From the NCBI GenBank assembly GCA_040357565.1, contig JBDODJ010000001.1: a stretch of DNA of 64,000 nt, one strand, 5' to 3'. The notes beneath the pieces are model-generated. The model saw only the letters and a list, made by a program, of their open reading frames with translations. It was not told the origin of the DNA and searched no databases. This DNA is from Cercozoa sp. M6MM (taxonomy: Eukaryota > Protista > Endomyxa: Ascetosporea). Positions 40,962 to 52,705 of the stretch are shown here, one piece after another (the first letter of the stretch is position 1; each line of letters starts with the position of its first letter). Position numbers and translations under genes: made by a program.

Positions 40962-42132
40962 TTGTTACAGACCGAGACTGACTCAAATTATGCAGTCTTC
41001 GCGGGGATAAACCCAGACAGACCAGTTGGTCTTCCATCATTTGAAGCAAAAGAGAAAGAAGAGTTAAGAGTTTGTGGCTCTGCGGTACTACTGCCTATAG
41101 AGCTGTGACTGGACCTGTCTGAAAGCCTGTTCCTGTAGATTGAGCCTGCTGCCAGTTGGCAAAGAGAAAACCTCATCTACTTGGCATCAGCTGGTCAGTT
41201 GCTCTGCAGTTTGTACTGATATCCACCTCTACAAGTAAGCATTGGCTGCTGTAGAGAGAAGGGGGTTTTTCAATCTTCTCACGATTTTCCCCGTGACGGA
41301 AAAATCCGTCTACAACTCCGTCTAGTTTGACGTAAGAACCCAGCTAAACTGACTGAGGATATTAGATTCGCGTCGAACTGAATTCATAACCCACATCGTT
41401 TGTCAATTCAGTTGATACTGAAAAGAACTAAATAAAGAAGTAAGTCGTCAATTTGACGACGCGAGGGAATCAAATTATTCACTTTGAAAAGCGAACGGAA
41501 GTTAAGAATTACCCCAACTGGGTTCTTGCGTCAAAGGAGACGGAGTCGTAGACGGAATCGTCCATCACGGGTATTGGTGACGCTCTTGCCGACATCTCGG
41601 GCCGCTGTCAGGTAATCAACACAACAGGGGCAGAGAGGGCTGTTGGGGCATACCTGTGCCGTACTCGTCACCGTACTATGTGTGATGCTAAATCAAAAGA
41701 GTAGTAAAACGGAGGCGCAGGAAGAGGAACCAAAGTGAACGCTGAACGATACACATCAGCAGTTGCCTCAGAAGTCTCCTTCAGCACGTTAATGCCTGCC
41801 GCTGCCGCACTCTACCACGAACACTGTGTGCATTCATTTAGTGCTGACAACGTTTGGTACCTCGTAGACCGTGCCAACACCCAGAACGAGTGACTGCGCC
41901 ACAGCTACAGACCGACAACCCATTCCTTCCCAAGGAAAAATCTTGTAGAAACCCCCTTCTCTATCCAGATGCCACGTAAATGAGGTTTTCTATTATGCCA
42001 ACTGGCAGGCTCAATCACAGAGCCACAAACTCTAGCCTCTTCTCTCTATTACTTCAATGACAGTAGACCAACTGGTCGGCCTGGGTTCATCCCCGGAGAC
42101 TGCATAATCGAATCTGAGTCAGTCTGTGACAA
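40962..42132. ncRNA. Candidate long fold-back (hairpin) RNA locus with nested inverted repeats
   Basis: Outer arms 40962-41270 / 41945-42132 and inner arms 41279-41345 / 41516-41580 are imperfect reverse complements. The left outer arm has two extra GT-AG segments (41085-41138, 41194-41254). No convincing ORF. Confidence 0.6.
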
Positions 42133-42171
42133 AGTGCATCAACGCTGAGCGAAGCGAAGATCCAACTCAAG

Positions 42172-42753
42172 TTATTCCTCGAGAACCCGTCGCTCAGCAG
42201 CGTCCATGAGCCGACGCGCTTCGTCCATGCGTGCTTGTTGTTGCCTGTATCACACGCAAAGGCATTCCCCGCACAGTCCAAGGAAGGAAACACTCGACAG
42301 AACAGGCAGGGCAGTACTTGGCAGCCTTCTTTTTCAGGGAGGCGAGCTTCTTGCGGCGGTTCTGAGCGCGGCGAGCAGCGTCGGTGGCGAGCTTCTTCTC
42401 GGCGAGGTTCTGTCGCAGGTGCGCGTGCTGCTGCAGTCGCTCTTCCGAGAGGTTCGACTGCATTTCTGCACAAGCATACGACATGCATATATAAATATAT
42501 ATAAATATAGATATATATGCAAAAGCAAGCCTACGGATCTGCTTTCGCCACTCGGAAGCGATGCGTTCTTGCTCCTCGGCGTCAGCCGTAGCGTCCTCAT
42601 CAAACTTGGGCAGCTTCGCCTTGTCGCCGTCCCAGTTCGTGGCCAGCTGCGCGTGCAGGTAGTGCTCGTCGACGCCGCCCTGTCGCCAGATGTCGTGGAA
42701 GGCCACGAAATCACCGAACCGTCTGGCACCCCTGTACAAACACAATTAAAGAA

Positions 42754-42798
<45 letters not shown>

Positions 42799-43154
42799 GT
42801 GTACTCAGCCTACTCGTGCAGACGCTCCTTGATGTGTTTCGGTGAGCGCAAGTCGGCGAAGCGCTCGAACTCGGACCGCGTGGCCTGCCAGATCGCCTGA
42901 CTCTGCGGACCACGGCCGTAGAACTTGAGCGCCCAGCGCAGGCAGCTCCGGTACAGCGAGATCGGGTCATCCGGCGCAATGTTCGAAGTCGGGTCGATCG
43001 ACGTGGGAGCACCGCTACCAGTGACGGCTTCGAGCGAACCCTTCTGCACGGAAGCGCCGCCAAAACCTCCAGCAGGGAAGCCGCCGAAAGCACCGCCACC
43101 CACGAAACGCGCCCTGCGCGCCCTCACTGTTCTGCACAAAGCACGTGCCTGCAT
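42172..43154 (-). CDS. Mitochondrial LYR-motif (Complex1_LYR-like) protein
   Basis: Arg-rich transit-like start MQARALCRTVRARRARF; ISLYRSCLRWALKF...RSEFERF; C-terminal coiled coil. Confidence 0.7.
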
Positions 43155-43479
43155 GCGTCTCCTCTTGTTCTACGCTGCACACGCACACCACTGAGCAGCA
43201 CACACGAGTCTTAGAGCTTGATCGACGTTGCCTCAGGTGTCAACTGGATTCTCGCTGATGATTTTCACGCTCAAACAATGTAACACACTTTCAAGTTGTT
43301 AACCAACTTTGTATGTTGTCTTGTTATCCAACTGGCTACGCAGATTCCCTGCTGCTAGCCGAACCAATGGTTTATTTTATTTTGGTATTTTTATCAAGTT
43401 AATTCACTTTGGCTGCCACAGCGTGCGTCAGCGGCAACGCTAGTGGCATCCTCGGTGTACGTGCAGTACCTAGTTTACC

Positions 43480-44153
43480 ATGCCAGAGCAGCAGGAGCAG
43501 CAAGAGGTGCAACAGGGCCAGGAGGCCGTCCATTTGGAGTCGTTGAGCTTGGAGGAGCTTGTTGGCTTGCGGAAGAACTGTGAGACAGTACGTCTCTGCT
43601 TTTTGTGATACCAGAAGCATAACCCATTTTTATGCAGAGCCTGGAGATGCTGTCGACGCAGCTGAGTGCACTGCGTGGCGCTGCCGCACGCTTCACCAGT
43701 GCCAGCAAGGCTGTGGTCGGTCTCAGAAAAGTAGGACACACTTGCTTTCGTTCTGCCTGTAAGAAGCTGTGCATCGTTTAACGCTGAGTAGGCCCCAGAG
43801 AGCAGCGAGATGCTTGTGCCAATGACGACGTCACTGTTTATGCCGGGCAAGGTTGCTGATGTCGACGAGCTGCTGCTCGATGTCGGCACCGGCTTCTTCC
43901 TTGGCAAGAGCACCGAGGATGCGCAAGAGTACCTCGCGCAGCGCATCGCGATTTTGCAGGACCGGTACAAGTCACTTGACCCATTGCGTTAAACTTTCAC
44001 AGACGGGCAACTAACTGCGTGTGCAGGATAAAGGGCTGTGCCGGCGAGCTGCAGAACAAGCAGTCGCTCATGGCCAAGATCGACGAGCTCGTCGAACTGC
44101 GCTGGAAGGAACGCCAGCAGCAGCAACAGCAGCAGCAGCAGACCGCCGCCTAG
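43480..44153 (+). CDS. PFDN5: Prefoldin subunit 5 (alpha)
   Basis: LESLSLEEL..., EMLVPMTTSLFMPGKVADVDELLLDVGTGFFLGKS. Confidence 0.93.
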
Positions 44154-44471
44154 TTTCAGCGGGTTAGCCGGCCTGAGAGCTCTTCAGTTTAGTATTCATC
44201 ATCGCATTTCACTTGACGTTAACGTAAACTTTCACGTCATTTTATGTCGTAGGTCAGTCAGTCGGCAGTTCGGTCAGGTTCGGTTATCTGGAGCCGAGGC
44301 CAACTAAAAACCTTTAAAAGCTGGGGAAAAAAGAAAAAGCTGGGCAGATTGCGCTTTTAGTGACACATAGACGTGAGCTTGACGAGTTTTACATTTGTGA
44401 GCACAACGTGAACTGCTTTAGACCTCGCGAAACACAGTGTGCAGCTGGCGCAGAGATTTGATTCGTCCGAA

Positions 44472-46970
44472 ATGCTATTCGCACTCTTGCCAGCACTGGT
44501 GTGTTTTCGCAAAGCTCACAAATGTGATCTTGGGAGGAAAGAGTTATTTTGCTTTCTGGATAGGCACTGATGCTGTGTGCTTTGGCGACGGCGCAGCGCT
44601 ACGAGTTTGAAGACGGTCTCGTGGTGTTGCGTCGCGACGACGCCGCTGGACTGAGGTTTACCCGTCCCGCAGTTCAGTTAAAGGGCGACTCGCTTTAGTA
44701 TACCTGCCTTCGACTTCCTTTTGCTTCATTAGAGGGTGTTTGCAGTATTCAAATCGACGTGGAGGATGACAACAATGACGTGGTATCCTCGTATGTGAAT
44801 ACTGTATGTGATTTACTTGCGGTGGTTGCAGACTCTTCCGACAGCTTTCCGCCGCTGGTTCGGCGCAGGAATTTCTGCGAAATGGCAGCAACTTGGTCTT
44901 ACTTCGCTGCGGTACTAGTTCTGCTTTGTTTGTTTGGCAACAAGTAAAATGACTGGGCCCACAGGGTGTCGGTGCGCTCGGTTGGTTTCGAAGATCCGGT
45001 GCGGCCTGTGTTTGCTGTGGCCGAGTCCGATGAGATCCAAGTTCCCTTCGACTCTTTCGAGCACATTCCCGAGAACTCCGAGTTCGCGTACACCCACTTT
45101 CTTGTGCCAACTATGTGCACACACGATTCGGTGTGATTGCAGTCTCGAGTTCGGTGAGATGCGCTTCACTTTGCCCGCGAGCTTCAACGACGACAACGAA
45201 GGTGTGTTTCCCTTGCGCCCTTGATTTTGTTCTCTTACACCCCTTGTGTTTGTAGTGCGTTTCTCCAAGTTCTTTCCGTACACATTGAGGGATGCGAATG
45301 CGCTGACTCAACACGCACTCGATCTCAAGGAGGGCGATAGCTTCGTATGTTGTGCTTTGTTTGTCTCGTTTCTCTGTATTTGTTGTGTACATCCAGCTGT
45401 TTGAGAGCACGGAGGTTGGCGAATCGACGCAAAAGCGTTTGATTCACATGCTGAGCACTTCCTCGGTAGGTCAGACTTGAGTTAAAGTTGACTCATAGGA
45501 TTGATTCTGACTGGGTTGCAGGAGAAAGCCAAGACGTCAGTGTACATTCACGCCGGCATTCACCCCTCAGAATCGACATCTTACCATATGTAGGGGACTT
45601 TGTTTCACTGTTTCTGCAAGTGTGTTTTTGATCTCTTTTGATAGCATGCGCGGCTTCATGGACGCACTGCTGACGGAGCAGGGCAAGCAGCTGCGAGAAC
45701 GCAGTCTGGTGCACCTGGTGCCGCTTTGCAACCCGGACGGACTGGCTGCTGCCAACTACCGGACCACCTCACTGGTACTACGCTCACTCAGTGCCCACGT
45801 GCTTTGTGCTCACGTGCTCGGTGCTCACGTGTTCGGTGTGGTTTAGAGCGAGAACCTCGAGGTCGACTGGCGAGCGAAGCCCAACGAGTCAGCCACCGTA
45901 GAGGTGCAGGCACTGCACACCAACCTGGAACGACTCATGGAAAGCGAACGACCTCCTAGTGTAAGTCCTTTACTTTTACCCCTCTCCCCTTCACCCCCGT
46001 CTCGACAGGTTGTGCTGAACCTGCACACCACGCACGATTCAGAGTTTGGCGGTTTCTTTGTTCACACGGCCACCGACGATGTACGTTTGTCCCTGGTGTC
46101 ACTTGTTTATTTGTGACTATACATAATAACTCTGTCCAGTGGAAACCTGGCATGCCTGGCGTCCGCGCTGAAGTCAACTTGGCCGAATTGCGTTTCGTGC
46201 GTGCCTGGCAGCATCATGTAATTCTGACTGTGTTACTGTTGTTAGCCTTACTCCCTTCACCCCTCCTGTCCTGTAGAGCAAGCAAATGAAAGCTAGCGAA
46301 ATCTGGCGATCAACACTCGCGACGCATCGCAACTACCTCGAGGCTGTTGTGCATGACAGGTAGTTCCTACCCCGCACACTGCATGTTATCTCTATTCTTG
46401 TAGGTGGTCGACCGCAAAGAATCCAATCGTTGCCATCACGATGGAAGGGTGCTCAAACCTTGTGCTGTTATAACCCTTGTCTCTCATAGACAATATATGG
46501 CAGTGCCTACATGAACGACGCCGAGACCGGCACTTTGGCAACGCCCGAGACCTGGCGCACCGTGGGTGCACAGCTTGTGGTACCTTGATCTCTTTTCTGT
46601 TATGTCCATGTCGGTTAGTAATGTGCCTCGCGTACAACAGCCTGCCATGCTCGAGTACCTGAAAGAACGTGAGCCGACGCCTCTCAAGCGAAAGACCGAC
46701 TTCTCGCCCTACCTTGTATACGTCCCTCCCTTTGGCCATTAGTCTAGATGTGTGTGTTGTGGTCGCTAGGTGGTGTTGATTATTTTCGCCTTTGGCATCA
46801 CCGTTGGCGTGTCACCCTTCCTACTCAGCTTGTGCAAGCGCTCGCGCTCGCAGGTACAGTGTGCTCAGTCTGGCCTCTGATTTGACTTTTTCTGTGATTC
46901 GGCTCTTGTTCAGAACCCAGTGCAGCAGCCACTGATTTCGTCGAACATCAACAGCGACGCTGAGGACTAA
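44472..46970 (+). CDS. M14 zinc carboxypeptidase with signal peptide and C-terminal TM helix
   Basis: MLFALLPALV start; IHAGIHPSE (HxxE), LVPLCNPDG, ENLEVDW, VVLNLH, AITMEG; C-terminal VVLIIFAFGITVGVSPFLL. Confidence 0.8.
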
Positions 46971-47118
46971 TGCGACGGACTTTGGTTTCAGTTCGACGCA
47001 TCCGGTCAGCTGCAGTTTGTTCATGGTTACGTGAGTCCGAGCGAAGCTTGGCCATGGACATAACGTAAAATTACGCCCTACGGCACGGTAAATCTCAAGC
47101 AACGGTCGTCCAAGAGAG

Positions 47119-48010
47119 TTATAGCACGTCCCAGTGCAGCTCGAACGCGGTGCAGACACGTGTGCAGAGCGTGCTGGGCGCGAGTTCGTAGTGCGAGACC
47201 TGCAGCGCACCTTCGGTCCACTCGGGCGCTGTGTCATTACACAGCATACAGGTATACATACGGAAGCAGCAGAGAGGATGGTTTCTCGTGAGATGTGCAG
47301 GCAGGTACCATCGCCCGAAGTGGACACCTTGGCGGTGCAATCAATGGACACGCAAACCGGCGTGTTGGTGGCGTGCTCCTGGGCAAACGCCGGCAGCTTG
47401 GTCAGCTCTTCCTCCTGCTGCAGCGAGGCGGCAACGAAGAAGCGCCGGGCGGCCGCCGGCAGGTGCCGTGTTACGGGCGACTTGACCACCTTGAGCAGCG
47501 TCTTTTGCGCCTATGCATAGTGAACATACATAGATGTTGTCGATATTGACAACTTTAGAAAGAGTGAGGTAAGAAGGCACAGTCGGGTCGGAATTGTTGC
47601 CTCCAGTGGCCTTGATCTTCATGCGGTGCAGCAGCTGCACCATCAGCATGCAGAAGCGGTCGAACGTCGGCGGGATTCGACAGTGCGGTGACACCTCAAT
47701 CAGCACGTTCTACGCATAACGGTGTTGTGCTATACACATACCGACACCACCCAGACACGAGAGACACGAAAAGTACGTTGACGGTGTGAATGTAGATCTG
47801 CAGTTTGCCGGCTTGGTTCAGCGGAGAATCTGACAGCGCCAACAGGGTCTGCACACACCCCCAAAATAACCGTCAGCAGACTAGCCTATCTCGGGTGTTA
47901 TATGGCCCACTTACCTGGTGCACAATGTCAGGTCGGTACTTTTGCGGGTCACGCGAGTGCTTTGACAGAATGCCTTTGTGCTGGTCGTGCTACAAACAAA
48001 CAAACAACAC

Positions 48011-48078
<68 letters not shown>

Positions 48079-48327
48079 CAAAGTAAAGGAGACACACGAA
48101 CAGGCGGGATATTGTGTTGGTACCCTCAAAAGCTCGTAACCCTTCTTGCTCTTCACTGTTTCGAGACCAGCGTTTGTCAGTACAATGTACAACTGCACAC
48201 AGAGAAGTATTATTGGGCACTGATTACACTTGAGATAGAACACGCGTACCCGCGGCGTCTGCTCCTTGTCGGCCGCCTGCACCGGTACGCGCGGACGCTT
48301 CGGTGGATCAAAAATTGACGCGCTCAT
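47119..48327 (-). CDS. EMG1: 18S rRNA pseudouridine N1-methyltransferase EMG1/Nep1
   Basis: YIVLTNAGLETVK, YRPDIVHQ, DSPLNQAG, LIEVSPHCRIPPTFDRFCMLMVQLLH, FELHWDVL*. Confidence 0.95.
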
Positions 48328-48497
48328 ACGAAACTAACGACTTTAGTGGCACGCACACAGTACACTGCCAGCACAGGGCACAGTCGCCAGTGCTAACGAT
48401 ACTCTAACACCCCCCCTTAACAAATAGTCACCACAAAGGCCAGTAGTTTTGTTTAGACCTTTGTGCTGCCATCAGATACTTGGTGCAGTACAACCAT

Positions 48498-50697
48498 GTG
48501 GTTACGAAAATCGATCGAGAAATTGATCGGTAATGCTTGGTGGGGAGGGCGTTCCGAGTCATTTCTCGTGTTGCTGCGTCGCGCCTGCCATGTTCGAACA
48601 CCCAACGCAGAAGAGCAGGAGTTTCTGCGCGTTCTGGGTTTGTGATTCTTAGTTTTTTGTTCTGTTGCAGTATCTTCTCTGTCCGCAGCTCGCGTCTCCA
48701 AAGCGGTTGAGACCTGTCTCACCGAAAAGGCATCTGCTACGGAGTTGGCTGCCTTGACGCTGTTGCTGTTGATTCTGGAACACATTCGATGCAGAGGCAG
48801 AAGTGTGTTGCTTTTTGAAGTTGTTATTTGGTCTGTTCAAGTTAGTCTTGAGACTGCAAAATTGTAGGCACATATCGGATGAACGTTCGCGCGGGCAACT
48901 CGTTTCTACTTTCTGTATGTCCAGATAACTATCTCTATATTCTAAGCTTAAAAGGATATTTTTTGTAGTGCCAAAGAAAGATGTCCATAGTGCCACTGGC
49001 TACGCCGACCAACGACACGTCTGAGTTTTGTGACGATGTCGGGTCTGAGACTGAGGCTGTAGATCTACTCGCTAGAGCGTACGATAAATTTCTTGTCCAT
49101 TCACTGCAGCGGTTTCGTGTCTGAGTTTATCGCGTTGACTGCGCCTTCTTAGAGCCGAGATCACGAACAGCTGGTCATTGTGGCAAAGGTGGTCGTTCTA
49201 CGAAATGTTTCGTGAGCAGTCAGCGCACTTGCTTCCTCTGTTCCAGCAAGTGTTCCTCGCGCTCATTTCGGCTCCACCGTCGCGAGCTACGACAACAGTG
49301 TGTGCCATACTCAGCGTGATGCCCGCTTTCCCTCTTGAAGAAGATCCTATGGGTAAATCATTCATGTCTGTGTTGGTTTCGTGTTGGCTTTGATATGACT
49401 AGTTGCTTTGATACAATTTTTAATGATAGATCAAGCCAATCTTGCAAGCACTCAACTGTTCCTTGAAACCTCAAAAGCCATCCGAACGCCCGATGATGAC
49501 ACGCTACTTTTCACGATTCGAGCTCATTGCCTCAAGCATGTTACTGTACGTTTGATACTTTCTTTTTGATACTTTCTGTTTGTTTGATGCTACCTCAACA
49601 CATACAATGCGTTGTCGTAGGACGATGCAATCGTCTCTGCCTTGCAAAACGACAGCCAAAAGGATCGCTTGTTCCGTGTCCTGATTGAAGCCGACCCGAG
49701 TCTGTGTGTTCATGTGAACACAGTACATGCACTACACACCAGAATCGTGATTTTTGGTAGACTCGGGCCAGAGAAAGTGACGACGTATCTGCCGTGGCTG
49801 TGCCGAAACCCGTCACTCGCGGCACAAGCGCTGTCGCAGGACTTTGGTTCGAGAAGGTTTATTATTGTTGCTGTTGTTGATGTACATGTTGTATGTGAGA
49901 TATTGTTTGCAACGAGCAGAACTCGGCTCCAGGACACTTTGAAGAGACACGCAATCCTGAGATGCGAGCTTTTGATTCCCTCTGAGGTAAATTTATGGTC
50001 CTTCTGGTACACGCAAGTTTTACGGTGCAGCTTTGACGCAGACTCTGGAGTCGCGCAACGATGAGAAGAAATTCGGCGTGCTGTACGAAATCGATCGGCT
50101 TTTACACCAGTTCTTGGAGACACAGCGTCTGCCCTTTCGCACATCGCATCGCATGCGCTCGAGTCGTGCCGCCGCCTGCTATCTTGCGCTCTTCGGGAAC
50201 GAACCCCTATTGGAAGACCAAGGTCTGGACGCGTCCATGGCTCGCAGCAAGTGGACTCAAGCAGTGCAGCAGGAAGTATTTCCGTTGGTTCGGGCCATGA
50301 AGCCCGATCTCTACGAGGTAACCCTGCCCGTGAACGCAGTTTGGTCTGTATGTCACATTTCTATTCAAACTTTAGGACGTGTGCTTTCGCATTGCCGAGA
50401 TGGCATGCGGTGATTGGCAACAGCTCTTAAGGTTTCACAAAGCCGACGACGGCCTGGGCAATACATTTGCGGGCCTTTCCATCGGGTACAGTATGTACAT
50501 TCACCTAGTCTTAGCGGTTCGTGCTATGGCTGCTGTCGTGTGTACAGAGATCCGCATGCAATCGCAAGAAAGCATGCGCAGTCGAAAATGATGCAACGCA
50601 TGCAAGCGCTTTGGGAGAAGCAGCAGCAGCAGCAACAGCGACTTGAAGAATAAAATCAATCGTGCGGTGACCCGGGTGACGCAAAGCGAAGCACTGA
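48498..50697 (+). CDS. Hypothetical helical-repeat-like protein
   Basis: A series of Leu-rich GT-AG-bounded exons ending QRMQALWEKQQQQQQRLEE. No family recognised; boundaries approximate. Confidence 0.45.
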
Positions 50698-50889
50698 TGA
50701 TAAAATTCAATATTGACATCTTTAATCACTAGACACGTACCACCGACTGCTGGAGTTCAAGGTAACGGAAGATTAGAATCAGCTACCTGCCCCAACATGA
50801 AGTCGACTTCGTTGTCTGGGAGCGGCAAAAGGGGAGTTCTATGGCCCTACCCTAAGCGAGCGGTAGACACCACCCCAGACTGGTGGAGG

Positions 50890-50931
50890 GGAACTACTTA
50901 GTTGGTTTCAGAAAAGACCCAACTAACTAAC
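50890..50931 (+). repeat. 42-bp dispersed hairpin repeat, copy 2
   Basis: GGAACTACTTAGTTGGTTTCAGAAAAGACCCAACTAACTAAC; 8-bp stem TTAGTTGG/CCAACTAA; 39/42 identical to the reverse complement of 5352-5393. Confidence 0.85.
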
Positions 50932-51142
50932 TGATATCTTTTATCATGTAAAACTGAAATGCAAGGTAAATCCAGCTCAGCGCCTTCTGTCTTGATACGA
51001 AAGCAGTACAGTACAGTACTTCTTGTTCTTGTAGATTTTTTAAATTATTTTATAGACCAACAAGACCGTTCCCGGCACTCCGTGCAACCGCGCACTGACA
51101 CCAAACGCAGGCTGGCGTGTTTCACACGGGTGTACTTTAAAG

Positions 51143-52542
51143 ATGTTCGCTAAGGCAGGCACAGGCCTCATCTCAATGGTACAACTCGCTGTGCTTGGGC
51201 TTTCTTGCCGAAAAGCCGGCTCCATAATGCATCGGATTGCCCCGGCGTGCTGCTTCCGTGCTGTCTGGAACTGCTGTGCTCTGCGGCGTTGCTGTTTGGC
51301 ATGCGCGGGAGAGTTTGTGTTGCTTTTGTTTTGCATCAGCTTTGATCAGTTGTTTTGTTTTTTTTTTGTTTTGTGTACGAGCAGTGTTGTGCAGGGCGCC
51401 GTGGCGGCGCTCGGTATGATGGGCGCGGCGCAGCTGGCAACGCCGACCACGTCGGTCCGCGCTAGCGACGATGCTGCTAAGCTCGCTGCGTACCCGTGGC
51501 CGCACGACGGTGCACTCTCGGGAATTGACTACGGCGTGCGTTTCATCACAGCCATGCACACATACTGCTGCAGTGTAATTTCCGCGATTTTAGGCTGTGC
51601 GTCGTGGCTTCCACGTGTACCGCAACGTGTGCGCCTCGTGCCACCACGTCCAATTCTTCCGTTTCCGCCACCTGACGGGCAAGACGCACACCGCCACGCA
51701 GGTGCGTTTTGATACACAATGCGACACGTGGCAGCTGTACACTTAAATGCGAGAGCAGGTCAAGGCCATTGCCGCTTCGTACGATGCCGAGGACATCGAT
51801 GACGCCGGTGAGCCCATCATCCGACCCGCCAAGCCGCACGAGGGCATGCCTGCCCCGTACAAGAACAAGGTACGGTTGCTCGATATGTGGGAGGGGGTCA
51901 GCTTACCGACCCTACGGTTTCTGTAGACGGCCGCTGCTGTGGCCAACAACGGTGCTGCCCCGCCTGATCTGACGCTTATGACGCGTGCCCGCTTCCACGG
52001 CGCTGACTACGTACCCCCATCGTCATGCCTGGATTTGTTGCTACATGCATTTGGTTGCTCGCAGGTCTTCTCGCTGCTCACGGGTTTCTGCGAACCGCCG
52101 GCCGGCAAGTCGCTCAACCCGGGTCAGTACTACAACCCGTACTTCCCGGGTGGTGCTCTTTCGATGGCGCCGCCGCTGTCGGACGGCCAGGTTGACTACG
52201 AGGACGGCACCAACAACACGCAATCGCAGCTCGCCAAGGACGTGACGACGTTCATGTTCTGGATCGCCAACCCGACGTAAGTCACAGTGCACCCGCATAG
52301 ATGCAGCTTGACTCTTTGTATGTTCCCATGGCAGGCACGACGAGCACAAGCAGTTCGGCATGCGCGCCCTGCCGCTCATTGCCGCTTGGGGCATTGCCCT
52401 TGGCTGGTACAAGCGCTACATCTGGTCCGGCTTCCGCTCCACGGTACGACTTCTCTGCACTTTCGCCGCACGTTTCGCCTTCCCTGTGTTAACGTTGATT
52501 ATTGGACAGACCATGAAGCGCGTGCCCAAGATGCCGTACTAA
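51143..52542 (+). CDS. CYC1: Mitochondrial cytochrome c1
   Basis: [23 protein letters not shown] (CxxCH), [41 protein letters not shown], and a C-terminal TM. Confidence 0.97.
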
Positions 52543-52705
52543 ATGTGCTGCGGCGTTCGCTTTTTTCCTTTGTGCTGAGTCACCGCCTTGACCGCAAGTG
52601 CATCCTCAGCCCCGGCGCTTTCTGCTCGCTCCAACATTTTAATTTACTAAAAAGTCGCGATCGTACATTGCTGTTCTATTCATTCGATTGTAGATGCAGC
52701 GCAGT

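Noticed and set aside
50740-50900. SRP RNA Alu domain, snRNA or RNase P/MRP
   Set aside because: No SRP helix-8 motif, Sm site or P4 consensus found.
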